A stretch of DNA of 64,000 nucleotides from Nemertoderma westbladi (taxonomy: Eukaryota; Animalia; Xenacoelomorpha), in NCBI GenBank assembly GCA_032718475.1, contig JAUCBJ010001188.1, forward strand, positions 12,912 through 76,911, written 5' to 3'. Under the pieces are notes generated by a model, which saw only the letters and a program-made list of their open reading frames with translations, had not been told where the DNA came from and did no database searches. Within the stretch, counting starts at the first letter, position 1; each line of letters begins with the position of its first letter. The position numbers and the translations under genes were made by a program. Positions 41,041 through 53,059 of the stretch are shown here, piece by piece.

Positions 41041-41364
41041 ACCTAGGTTTAAATGAATGGGATTCAATACAACCTAGGTTTAAATGAATGGGATTCAATA
41101 TAACCTAGGTTTAAATGAATGGGATTCAATACAACCTAGGTTTAAATGAATGGGATTCAATATAACCTAGGTTTAAAAGACGTATCTTGGTTTAAATGAA
41201 TGGGATTCAATATAACCTAGGTTTAAATGAATGGGATTCAATATAACCTAGGTTTAAATGAATGGGATTCAATACAACCTAGGTTTAAATGAATGGGATT
41301 CAATATAACCTAGGTTTAAATGAATGGGATTCAATATAACCTAGGTTTAAATGAATGGGATTCA
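41041..41364. repeat. 31-bp minisatellite, right part
   Basis: About 10 units of the same sequence as 34946-35334. Confidence 0.95.
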
Positions 41365-43004
41365 GGTGTACTGGTCAAACCAAATGGCATATGTTTAAAA
41401 TGAAGTAAACCAATATGAGAATACTGTTCTCCTAAGACCATGTTTTTTTTAAAGATTCAGACTGCTCGAATATAATGTATCTCCACTAATCATAGGATTA
41501 TCTAAATATCCAGTTATCATCGTCAACTCCATGGAGGTTTTATTACTATATCGTTACACCATACAGTTGCAATAGTCTGGGGTGTAGGTTAGTTTTCATT
41601 GTTCCTGCATTACTACTGTCACTTTCCGATTGGTGTTATGCGAGAATATAAAAAAGGTTACAGCAATGTAGAAGTTATAAATAAAAATTATTAACCGCTT
41701 GAACCCCTGTAGTAATGAGAAACAATGAAAACTAGGTTTTTAAAGGTTTTCAAACCAGATTGATCTACTGTGTACTGTCTATACTAACTATTTACGGTAG
41801 GCCTACGTCCTAATATCAATTTCATTTATCAGCTGTATTTTACATATATATTAAGCGTATGTATTCTTACTTAGTTATTATATTTCATTTAATTTCTAGA
41901 ATATAGCATGATGAAGACCCAAGTCGAAAATTTACAAAACAAACCTTTTTTAGCACTATATTGGCTTTATTAAATTACTATTTCAATTTATATTAAAATA
42001 ATATAGTAATAATAATATATATATACACCATGACGTAATATATGATGTCATTTTCTGTGGACACTAACTCCCCCCCAAATTTTTCTACAAATCTTTATCA
42101 TATTGCTTGAAATTTGAAACACAACTAGTTCAACTCACCGTGGTTGTTACCATGAAGCCGGAATTTTCGATTTCGCCTTTAAATGTTTCCTATAAGAGTT
42201 TTAAAAAAGTGTCTTTTGTGAAATTGCACCCTCCGTATCATTGCCGTTCTTCACATTAGTCGTAATTTTTTCATATCAATTTAAAGATTGCGCTGCAAGG
42301 ATTCCAAATATGTAATAATATCTGAATTTCGTTGAGAAACAGCTGAGAAATAGGCGTTCAAAGACTGCAAGAATTATTGTTCGCTGCAAGCCATTTATTC
42401 AATTTAATAAATACGCAATATTCTGGAACAATTTGTTTATGTATGATTAGCTACGCAATATAGATAGATATTGTATACCATTTCTGTTTCTATTGTTGCC
42501 TACCAACTCATAGATTAAATAACACGTTCTAGAATTTTTTGTATTTATTAAATAGAATAAATGGCTGTCATTTTACCAACTTGTCTCAAGACGTTCCAAG
42601 AGTTCCACTGGTCAAGAACCTCCAAGAGGTGAAAATTTCCTCAAAGAGAGACCAATAACTCTCAAGAGTGACCAACATAGTTTTACCTTCAATTCAAATC
42701 AGGAATGTCGAACTTTTTAGAAGGATGATATTCCTTCTTCTTGATTGGGCATTGTGATTAAATTAATACACACCATCATTTTTTTACCACACATTACTGC
42801 TACAGTATATCAATATCGAAACCTCACTCATTAAATAGTTGATATTGTTTAAATTAATTGAAGCTGAAGGGGGATGCAGGAAGGTGGGAATTCAAGTAGT
42901 CTAAGTCACGCGGTTAATATTAAGAAATATTAGTATAGGAAAAACTCGGAACAAACGGATCAAACCAAGAGTTTATTTCAGATCAATGTTTTAAGAAATT
43001 AAAG

Positions 43005-43093
43005 AAAAAATGCTAATTCGGATGGGTTTCGAGCCCAGTAAATAAATAATAACATAGCTCCTGCCTGTGCTCTTCCGACTGAGCTAAAATTTC
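43005..43093 (-). ncRNA. tRNA-derived sequence (SINE head or tRNA pseudogene)
   Basis: Minus strand has A box TAGCTCAGTCGGAAGAGC, T-arm TGGG-CTCGAAA-CCCA and then T6. Acceptor and anticodon arms are decayed. Confidence 0.55.
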
Positions 43094-43436
43094 GCACTTT
43101 TATAAGGCAGTGATTTTTTATGTCCTTTTATTTGACTTTTTTTGTCATTTTTTTTTACGAATTATGCATAATGACTTTTGTTGTCCTTTTAATGACTTTT
43201 ATTGTCCTTTTAATGACGTTTTATGTATGTATTTCTTCAAACTGTCAGACAGCTGATTTCTGGACTGTCAGACAGTTGATTTCACTATGCCTGTGCCAAA
43301 ACATTCCATGATTCCATGATTTATAGACTATGAGATAGATTTCCATATGCGCCTGTGGTAAAAAGACTCTATATTTAATAGTTTGTGGTTGTTGTCGATA
43401 ATCGATTACAACATGACGTAGCAAAACACTCATTTT

Positions 43437-43817
43437 ATAGCCAAAAACAATTACCAATTGATGGAAAGGAGCAGGTTAAGGCCGAGTTTTCTAACCAAAA
43501 CAATAAACAGTCACTTTACCAAATCAGGGAAAGGAGCAGGTTACAGAGAGTTTTCTAACCAAAACAATAAACGATCACTTAACTAATTGAGGGAAAGGAG
43601 CAGGTTACAGAGGCGGGATTTTCTAACCAAAACAATAAACGATCACTTAACTTATTGAGGGAAAGGAGCAGGTTACAGAGGCGGGATTTTCTAACCAAAC
43701 CTATAAACGATCGTTTAACTAATTGAGGGAAAGGGACAGGTTACAGAGGCGGAATTTTCTAACCAAAACAATAAACGATCATTTAACTAATTGAGGGAAA
43801 GGATCAGGTTACAGAGA
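43437..43817. repeat. Tandem repeat of about 64-69 bp, about 6 copies
   Basis: ttttctaaccaaaacaataaacgatcacttaactaattgagggaaaggagcaggttacagaggcggga is repeated. Confidence 0.9.
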
Positions 43818-44559
43818 CGATAAAACTAATACAGTAATAGGCCTAAATTATGTGAAAGGTATATCCACATTTTCCACAATCCTGCAATCCTTGAAGGTTG
43901 ATTAAAGACCTTGACCCGCTATCTTTTTGTAAATTTAATAGAAATTTGTAAACATGCGCATATTTTTATTTATTATTTTTTATTTTTTATTTTTTTTTTT
44001 ATTATTTTTGTGAATCCTAACAATCAATTTTTATTGTGAATATTTTATTGCACATAGCTTACTGTTTACTGTACCCTTGTATTTATTTTATTTTATATTT
44101 TCAGCACTGCTTCTGTCTATTCTACTGCACCGTTTTATGCTTTTTTATTTTGAATGTAAATATGATATCTTTATTCACTGCACCAAATTTATTTATTATT
44201 TTTTTTTATCAATTTTCAGAAATTCGTAGACTATGACATTGTTGAGTTAATTTTAATTTTATTTTGTAGAATATATTTCTGTATTTTTGTGTAATTTTAG
44301 AGCCTGCTCGGGCAACCATAAGTGTTTAATTTTTAATAACCTGGTTGTTTTCTCTCCTCATGTACTTTTAATTTAATTTTTATAAATACATAGAGTGATA
44401 ATAATAATAATAATAATCCAGTTTGGCCTATCAATTATTTAAAATTTATTAGCACAACCGGTAGGTAGGCCTTTGTTATGTAAGAGTTTTAACAAATTAC
44501 TAGAAAAATACCAACAATAACCAATATACAAGGATACAAATTGCAACAAATTACAGTAT

Positions 44560-44877
44560 TGTAGTGTTGCTGTTTAGACCAAAAACAAAAATATTAAATA
44601 TTTCTTTAAAAAAAATATTTAATTAAATTTTATTGGAGATATACTGTATATTGAACAACCTGTTGTCAGACCCTAGGACAGTATTCGGAACTGCTGATTT
44701 TCTGGACTACTGCAGAATTACCAGTACGGTATTAGAGCATTTTATATATTATAATTTGGAATCATTGTACGACATAACTTCAATACATTATTACTGTTCT
44801 GGTCGTATAGCCTTGTTATTATTATTATTGCTTTTTTCCCCTCGATATATCGATAGCAGTTATCTGGGACCTTTACA
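44560..44877 (+). repeat. Gypsy 5' LTR (318 bp)
   Basis: TGTAGTG...CTTTACA, with about 90 bp not present in the 3' LTR. Confidence 0.9.
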
Positions 44878-44878
44878 C

Positions 44879-44893
44879 TGGTGACCCAGACGA
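44879..44893 (+). promoter_or_regulatory. Primer-binding site, tRNA-Trp type
   Basis: TGGTGACCCAGACG versus the canonical Trp PBS TGGTGACCCCGACG. Confidence 0.85.
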
Positions 44894-44931
44894 GATTCCT
44901 TCAAACTTTCTGACTTTCAGACTTTAGAACA

Positions 44932-45410
44932 ATGGCTAATCATCGGATCCACACCCGCCTTTCTCATTACAACAACCCACAATTTGGTTCAGACAACTCG
45001 AGGCATATTTCACAATGGAGAAAATCGAGGAAGAAAATAAAATCAACCTACTGTTTACGTTGCTCCCGACGGAACAGGCCGCGATCATCGCTTCTGGGGA
45101 AACTAAAACCTACGAGGAAGCAAAGGATTTGTTGAAAAACTCCCTGGGCGAATCGAAATACGACTTAATCCGGAAAGCAATCGCAACATTTACCTTATCG
45201 GAAGGCGAAAGACCATCCTTAGCAGTCCAAAAACTTAAACTTCTTGCTAACGCTGCAGAGATGCCAGAGCAAAATGAGAAAGAGATTATCGCCCGGTTAT
45301 AGAAGCGATACCAAACGCTTCCGCCAAGAGTGCTCTCGCTACACAAGCGGAGAATAGTTTGGAAGATTTCCTAAAGATCGCAGACACCGTAGTCGCTGCC
45401 ACAGCTACCG
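44932..45410 (+). pseudogene. gag: Gypsy gag, disrupted and truncated
   Basis: WFRQLEAYF motif and LSEGERPS; frameshifts and a stop. Confidence 0.7.
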
Positions 45411-45429
45411 GATCCGCCGGATCGCCACA

Positions 45430-47645
45430 TCCACAAGGCCATTAGAGGTTTAGACCCAAGCACTTTCCCATACTACGACGACATAATCGTTGGCTCCGCT
45501 AATATGGAAATACACAAAGTTCACCTAAAACAACTCTTTATACGTCTACAAGAACACGATTTACACGTAAACCTGTCAAAGTTCACATTTGCTGTCCCTG
45601 AAATCGATTTTTTGGGTTTTCGCATTGATACCAACGGAGTTTCACCATCTCCCACTAAAGTTGCTGAAATATCCCAACTTTCCACCCCTACTTGTTACAA
45701 AGAACTACGTAGCCGTCTCGGGGCCATAAACTTTTATCGCCGATTCCTACCGAGAGCCGCTGAAACTCTAATCCCTCTACAGACATTGCTCAACGAGACA
45801 CAACCCAGGAGAGGAGTTGTTCCACAGTTTACTTAGAAACCTGAGCATGATTCTGCCTACCTAACAATTCTTCAAACTCTACAACAGCGAATCGTATTGG
45901 TACATCCTCCCCCCAATACAAACGAACTTACGCTAACGAGTGACGCCTCAGAAGCTGCGATTGGTGCAGTTTTGGAAGCAAATGGTAAACCACTCGGATT
46001 CTTCTCCCGACGACTCAGTCCCACTGATTCAAAACGCTCCGCCTTTGAGCACGAACTTCTCGGTTTAGCGAGTGCAGTCCTCCACTTCCGACCATACATC
46101 GAGTCTATTCGCACTCTAGCCTATACGGATCACCAACCTATCGTTGCTGCATTAGGCAAATCATGCGATCCTCCCGCACATTGGCAAAATCGTCGCCTAG
46201 CAACCATTTCCGAATATGTCGACGAGGTACGATATATTCCCAGTTCAGCAAACGTTGTCGCCGACTCCCTTTCTCGGCCACCAAACTTTCCTACCAACAA
46301 TCCTACATCACCAGTAAACAGCGGACAAAACTCTGAAACTGAAACTATTTTCAATATCACCATTGACGTCTGCAATTTTCCTGCCATATATGCTGCTCAA
46401 CAGCAAGAGGAACTTCCTCCCAATCTCACTCCTATGCCATTCGGGGATGTTTCTCTAGCCTGTGATGTAAACTCCTCCCACCCCCGCCCTTATATTCCAG
46501 CTTGTCTCCGTGAGAATATCTTCAACCAAACTCATAATATTTCTCACCCTGGCCGCACTGCTACCCAGAGACTAATACTTTCACAATTCTATTGGCCACA
46601 CGCCAAGAATGACATAAAGAAATGGGTTCGCGAGTGTCAGAACTATCAGAAAGCCAAGATTATTCGACACATACACACACCATCAGAGCCTATGCCAATT
46701 GTAACAGAGAGATTGGATATCGTCCATATCGATATCGTGGGGCCATTACCAACGATCAACAGATATTCATATTTACTGACTGCCATAGATAGATTTTCTG
46801 GATGGCCCGCTGCAGTTCCCCTGACAGATATTCTAACTACAACCATTGCTACAGCCTTCATCAATGGATGGATTTCACTTTTCGGAATTCCACTGCATGT
46901 TATTTCGGATCGTGGAAGCCAATTCGAATCCGATTTATTTAAGAAAATCGCTACTAACCTCGGATATGTCCGTATTCGCACAACAGCTTACCACCCACAA
47001 ACAAATGGCATGATCGAACGCTTACACCGCCGTCTGAAAGACGCCATCAAGGCCCGCGATTCGGATTGGCTGCACTCAATTTCGTCCATCCTTTGGGTTA
47101 TTCGAAATACTCCTAACGAATCTAAACCTTCCCCTATTACATTACTGACTGGCGAAGCTCCCCGTTTCCCCACGAAGTTGATTAGTTACACGCCAACCGA
47201 CCATCCCTCTATTGTTGACAAACTCTGCCAATATTTCGATCCAACCAATCATATCCATCGCCAACCCCAGCCAATAGAACGCGCCGAAATTCGCTCCCAT
47301 CTACCGCCCAACACTGATAAAGTTTGGCTGAGAATCGACAGCGTACGTCGCCCTCTAGAGGCTCCATACACTGGCCCTTACCCTATAGTGGAAGATAAAG
47401 GTTCAACTGTGGTTATCGAGAAGAATGGTAAACAACAGACAGTCAGTGTTTCCCGCCTCAAACAGTTCATACCAAAACAAACCCTTCCTTCACCACATCT
47501 AGAATTACCAATCCATACAAACCACGTCAAACCACCAAACCCAACTTCAGGGCTTCGTTCTTGTTTACACACAGCTAACCCATTGCGAACTCGTTCTGGG
47601 CGAGTCGTTATATCTACCAAGGACAATGCGTATCATTATTATTAG
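45430..47645 (+). pseudogene. pol: Gypsy pol remnant: RT C-terminal half, RNase H and integrase
   Basis: PYYDDIIV, IDFLG, LTSDAS, ELLGL, YTDHQP, NVVADSLSR, HNISHPG, HIDIVGP, ISDRGSQF, NGMIERLHR and YTGPY. Confidence 0.92.
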
Positions 47646-47753
47646 AAACTGAAAGTAAATTATAGGGTTGTTTTCAGCATGAAATGACACATTAAATATA
47701 TTTATTTTTGTTTTAAACCGCTAGAAACTGCTCCGCCTCTAAAGGGAAGGCTG

Positions 47754-47982
47754 TGTAGTGGTGCTGTTTAGCCCAAAAACAAAAATATTAAATATTTCTT
47801 TAAAAAAAATATTTAATTAAATTTTATTGGAGATATACTGTATATTGAACAACCTGTTGTCAGACTGTAGGACAGTATTCGGAACTGCTGATTTTCTGGA
47901 CTACTGCAGAATTACCAGTACGGTATTAGAGCATTTTATATATTATAATTTGGAATCATTGCAGTTATCTGGGACCTTTACA
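47754..47982 (+). repeat. Gypsy 3' LTR (229 bp)
   Basis: Direct repeat of the 5' LTR followed by GTAT. Confidence 0.9.
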
Positions 47983-48115
47983 GTATACTCTACATACACT
48001 TCAACAATAACAAAGTGAGAAATAACAGTTGTAAGAGTTTTAACAAATTACTAGAAAAATACCAACAATAATAACATGGTAACTGGTTAAGTTTGAGTTA
48101 AATTGAGTTAATCCG

Positions 48116-50986
48116 CTACATAGCTAGGTATGGACTCTTCCCAGATTGAGAGCCTAGGCGGTCAACAACCTTACTTACAGTTCTCTGGCTTGAAAATGGC
48201 GCCCAATGGTGTTTGATACCAGCCAGCTCACACCCATCTCGATAAATTCGATCAGCCTCATTTACAATTTCGGTAGATAGTGCTAGTGCAAGAGATGGCA
48301 GCATCCAAGCCAGTTTAGCTCTTCTCATAAGGGTCTCAGATCCTTGACCGCCATCCTTCTGGTGGCATCTCACACAGTTATAAAAACTTTCCGCAATTGC
48401 CTCTGGTCCCCCCCTTTGATAAAGCAACGTCTAACAACAGACAGCCTTCCGGGCTTTGCATGTACAGATCTTCCTGGTGATAGAATGATTCATAGAGTTC
48501 TTCCTCTTGTAGTTTTACTATGCTTTTTTTGATTTTTTTTAGTTTTACTGAAGCTAACTGTTTTAGATCGTCATCCAATTCGTAAGCTTCTCTTGCAGTC
48601 CATATATACCGGTCTACAGCATCCCGACCCAAGTCATCAGTCACAAGCAATCCTTCCAATAGCTCAACTCCTTGGTAAACTCCTCCTGGCTTAAGTTCTT
48701 CTTCTTCAATGGCTGCACTTAACCGCCTACAAACTTTCCATCCTTCAACTGAGCAATTGTCTAAGTGACTAATCAACAACTTTAATTTCCAGAATGGGGT
48801 TGCAAGATTTTGACATTTTGCCATCAATATCTTGATTGGCTCTATAATATCAATAAATCCCAAAAGATCGTAAACAAAATCAAAACCAGCAATCATGTAT
48901 GTACTGCTGCTGCTCGAGGTGTGATCGGTTCTGATTGAGAAGGTCGAATGCTTTCCAATAAGCAGAAAAGCCCTTAAAAATTTATTCCCATTGAAGGTAG
49001 CTTGAGGAAAAAAACCGTTGCATGCCAAACGATATTGGTATCTTTGCAAGCTGGTCCACAGATTCAAGGAAGGCAAATCCCTTTCCACGCCCTAGAATTA
49101 TATGAAAAATATTGCATCTGGTCACAAATCGTTTAAAATGATTAGATGATATTGACTTATCTCGAGCATCTTCAACAACCAAATCTAACAGGTGGGCATG
49201 GTCCCGAGTAATGGGAAGGTCAATGGCATTATATTCATTAATACCAACACCAACATCAGAGATATCAAATAGTTCATATAGAGTTGCTCTAAATTGTCTA
49301 TCCTGGTATGGGCCATCTGCAGCAACTCCATAAAGTTGCTTCAGAGCTCTTTGACCAAGGCAGGTGTTAAGGGAATCATATAAAATATGTGCACTATGCT
49401 CTGATGTGGCAGGGCCAGGAGAGTCTATATCGTAGACAGCAGGGGCAGCTATAGGTATGGCAGATGGCTGTCCGAGTGCAATAATTATTATGGCTTGAGT
49501 CATAACTCTGGCATTGCTAGACTTATCAACAGTAACCCAAAAATGTGGTGGAGCTAATGTTGACTTCAATGGAGTTGCAATCCATGAAGCAGTCTTCTGA
49601 TCTACAACATACTCCACAGCCTTCAGCAAATCTCCCATTTGTTTTCTGGAATGTCAAACTAGACCAATTTCGGCACCACATATGTCAAGGAAAGAGATCA
49701 GGGTTTCGAAATGCTGATCTGCTGCAAGCATTTGGATATCAGTTATTGCAGCTCTTACAAGGTTGCAGAAAACTAAGTGATCTCTATCCAATCTGGTGTC
49801 TTTTATCTTCTTCTCTTCCACAGCTTTCTTATATATACCTTTGAGCCCGCTCCAATAAATGAACAATGATTGATACACCTATGTTTCTGGTGATAGAAGT
49901 ACTCATTGTGTCCACTAATCAACGACTGGGTTTTCTCCTTACTTAACATTAACACAGTATTTAATGTGCCAACACTTCCAGCTGTGTTAATTGCACACTG
50001 GGCATTATATGCTGAAAGTTTGGTTATGGATGGTCTTGACAGCATAATACTCGAAGCATGGCTCGCATCTCAGCACTCCTTCTTCACTAACTTCATCATA
50101 AAAGAATTTATATATACCACCACTACTTTCCACCAAAGTGTAAGTAAATGTCTATAGCTTGCTTCATCTCAGCAAGTCTTGAACTAGATTCTTGATTTAG
50201 TTCTGCCATGGCCTGTGGTTTGATAGACACAACTTTGTCAAGTCTCTCAGTTAGCTGCTTTACCATATCATAGGTCTTTCTAGGTAGATCTAAATTATCT
50301 TCATTTTCAGTATGATTGGTAATGGATGATCCAGCTGTCACTGTTACGTATTGTATCAACATTGGGTGTGAATGTGTAGCTGAGGTTGACAGAGTACCGG
50401 TAGTAGTGCTTAGACTGGGTTCAACTGGTTCTTGTGGATGAATGCCACTCGATGTGCCATATGTGCCATATGACACTGGCACTGTTACTATAGGTGTGAG
50501 TGTGTCACTGGTTCTCATGCCTGAGGTTCCTTGGACAGAACTGCTTTGAATTGCACTTCTTGGTTTCGGTTCAATACTGGCTGAATCCAAAGTATACTTT
50601 CGCTTTATGGCTTTAGCTTCACTGGATGATGCTGGAACAATGGTGCACTTTGACTTATCACTGTGCCATCGCTGCTTGTGGCGGGTAACAGAGGATTGAT
50701 TGTTCCTGGATATGTATGAGAACTGAGCATCCTTTGGCTTTTTATTAAGATGGTATCTCAAGCACTCCAAGCACACATATTTGTTAGATTCAGAAACTTC
50801 TCCAGATACGGCACCTTTAACTGAACGTTGTCCTTATGACTCTCTCTCCTTTTCAGTGGACAATGACACAACTGATTCAACTGTCAAATGAGCAGATGTT
50901 AGTGATTGCTGACTAGCAACATAAGAGTACAAAAAAAATGAACTTAAGGAAGATTGTATAGCATACTCTGAATCCGAGTCTGCCAT
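48116..50986 (-). pseudogene. Decayed hAT-like DDE transposase
   Basis: BED-like finger CLEC...RHKQRWH, FWVTVDKSS, GVAADG, DHAHLLDL and EAIAESFY, spread over at least five frameshifted ORFs. Termini not identified. Confidence 0.65.
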
Positions 50987-53059
50987 TTGTGTTAAATTAA
51001 AATAATAATAATAAAACTGCAAACAGACAAAATTATATTAAAATGATAAAGGACAATAGAATTAGAGTTGTAATTAAATTGAATGTTGTTAATATTTAAT
51101 AGGTTATTAGTATTATTTTAAAATTGACTTCATACCTTACTACCGCAAATGAAAGCTAAAATCATGAATGGATAATATACTAGACCTATAACACTGAACG
51201 ACCAAGTACCGGTAGCCTAGCTATTATTAATAAGTCGACATTCCTGGATTCCAGCCCATTATTATATTCACCCTGGTCATCCATTGATCAGCGATCAGAT
51301 CTGCCTTTGTCTCACTCTACTAGTTTAGTACTGTACTAGGCACCTGGTACTGTCAGACTGTCTACCTATTGCCTATGTACTGTATATTAATTATAATGTA
51401 TGGCATATTGTAGACAGGTAGACTCTGTTGTGTGATTGCCATTTAGGCTCTGCCAGTGCTGTCTTGCCTGTGCTCTGTATTATCCTGTAGCCAGGTGCCA
51501 CGCCAGGGCTCTAATATTGTTGGAGGGCTGGTTTTCAACAAAGTTATTTGTTCCTTTTATGCGACAAAAATTGTTTGAAACTTGGCCTGCCCGACTTGTT
51601 CGGCACTGGTTTGTATTTTGCTCTGCACCAGTTTAGTTTTCTAATTGCTAATTTCTACACCAGCACTTGCTTATATGCCTTGGCTGCGCTGAGGCATTAG
51701 TTTCTGCGCCGGATATATCTAACTAGATGTAGAATTAATTACTGTAAGTATATGGCCTCGGCACTTACAAACTGCTTCAAAGGGGGGCGATAGTTACATG
51801 TAAACCGTTCCATTATGTTGTGTTGTTGGCTAGTAGATGTACGTATGGCTTATATATATCACAGGTAGGACACTATGTTGACCCAGTGAGTGATAAGCGC
51901 ACAGTTCACTCGTGCTGCATGCATAGTGTTAGTAGATTATATTTACTAGTTGGGTAATAATATTGCAGTACTATGGACACACACACTCGCACTAAATGAA
52001 CCGAATCTATTACAGACAGGGCGCAATATGCACTAACTGCGTGGAAATCGAGTTGGTTTGATCTCTGGTCCTGTATATTCATCAACAAAGCAATGCAATA
52101 ATAGTATGAAACAACAAGATGTTAAAATGCATACAATAAGTTACTATGCACACAGCAAGGTAAAATACTACGAGTCGTATAATTAACGTGACTTGTTGGG
52201 GGGTAAAATTGATGTAAAGATTACGCCAATATGATCTCAGGTTATGCCTACAGTAGTAGGATGGGCACCGGCTATATAAAGGCACCTGAATAATGCTTAT
52301 GGAATAGAACAGCCAATAAGACGCAAGAATGCCGGCTTCGGTAGTTACCAATGAGAGTTCAGTAATACCACAACTGCTGCTAGGCAACATTTAAACAGGT
52401 TTATGGATTGTTACAGCAAAAGTTAAGCATAAATATTATACGCACTGAAGTTGAATGATAATCTGATAATAATAAAAGATTTCTGTATACAGTTAGTTCT
52501 GGCAGCAAAACTGTTCCCTAAAATCACGTACTAGTTCATAACACAATGTGTTAAATAACACAATATTGAGTTTTTTCTGAAATTTACATGGAAAAAGGTA
52601 TACACAGTCTTTCGAATATAAAAGGTCACGTCGATATCAAATACTTACTGCACACAATTAAATGCGATAAACAATCTAACTAAATTAAATTAAATTAATT
52701 AAGGGTAGGTCAACTTCTTCATATAAAACAATGAAGTTTGTTAGGTCACTTCCGTGGAGACTAAGTAAGTATTAAACAACCTTTTAAATAATATTAGAGT
52801 TTGATATATTTACAGATACGGTAGGTCGGTAAATTAATCGACGTAGGCAGGTAAACATTGAGTCATATTATCCTTCTAATATAAAAATACACAAATCCAA
52901 CTAATATTTTGAGTTTCAATCTTACTATAAGAAATACATATTGTTCACTATTTACAAATGTGAAAGTTTTGCGAATAAGTATAGGGATTTTATAAAGTTC
53001 GACAGGCTAACTAATAATAATCGAATATATCATCGCTTTCATTTGGGTGTTTGGGAGTA

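Larger units (their letters stand above)
44560..47982 (+). mobile_element. Ty3/Gypsy LTR retrotransposon (CsRN1-like), internally deleted
   Basis: TG...CA LTRs at 44560-44877 and 47754-47982, 4-bp TSD GTAT, tRNA-Trp PBS, PPT AAAGGGAAGG 47741-47750, and RT-RH-IN domain order. Confidence 0.93.

Noticed and set aside
41041-41098. Start of LINE ORF1 at 41098
   Set aside because: It lies in the flanking minisatellite beyond the TSD; the element is 5'-truncated.
34946-41364. CRISPR-like array of palindromic ~31-bp repeats
   Set aside because: Units are head-to-tail without unique spacers, there are no cas genes, and the context is eukaryotic.
44298-51513. TAGAGCC...GGCTCTA as hAT terminal inverted repeats
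   Set aside because: The match is only about 7 bp and the flanking 8-mers (TGTAATTT vs ATATTGTT) do not form a TSD.
51779-52400. LTR beginning AGTTACA after a purine tract AAAGGGGGGCGA
   Set aside because: It is LTR-like (TATA and CCAAT words), but no second copy, end or TSD lies in the window, so neither strand nor owner can be assigned.
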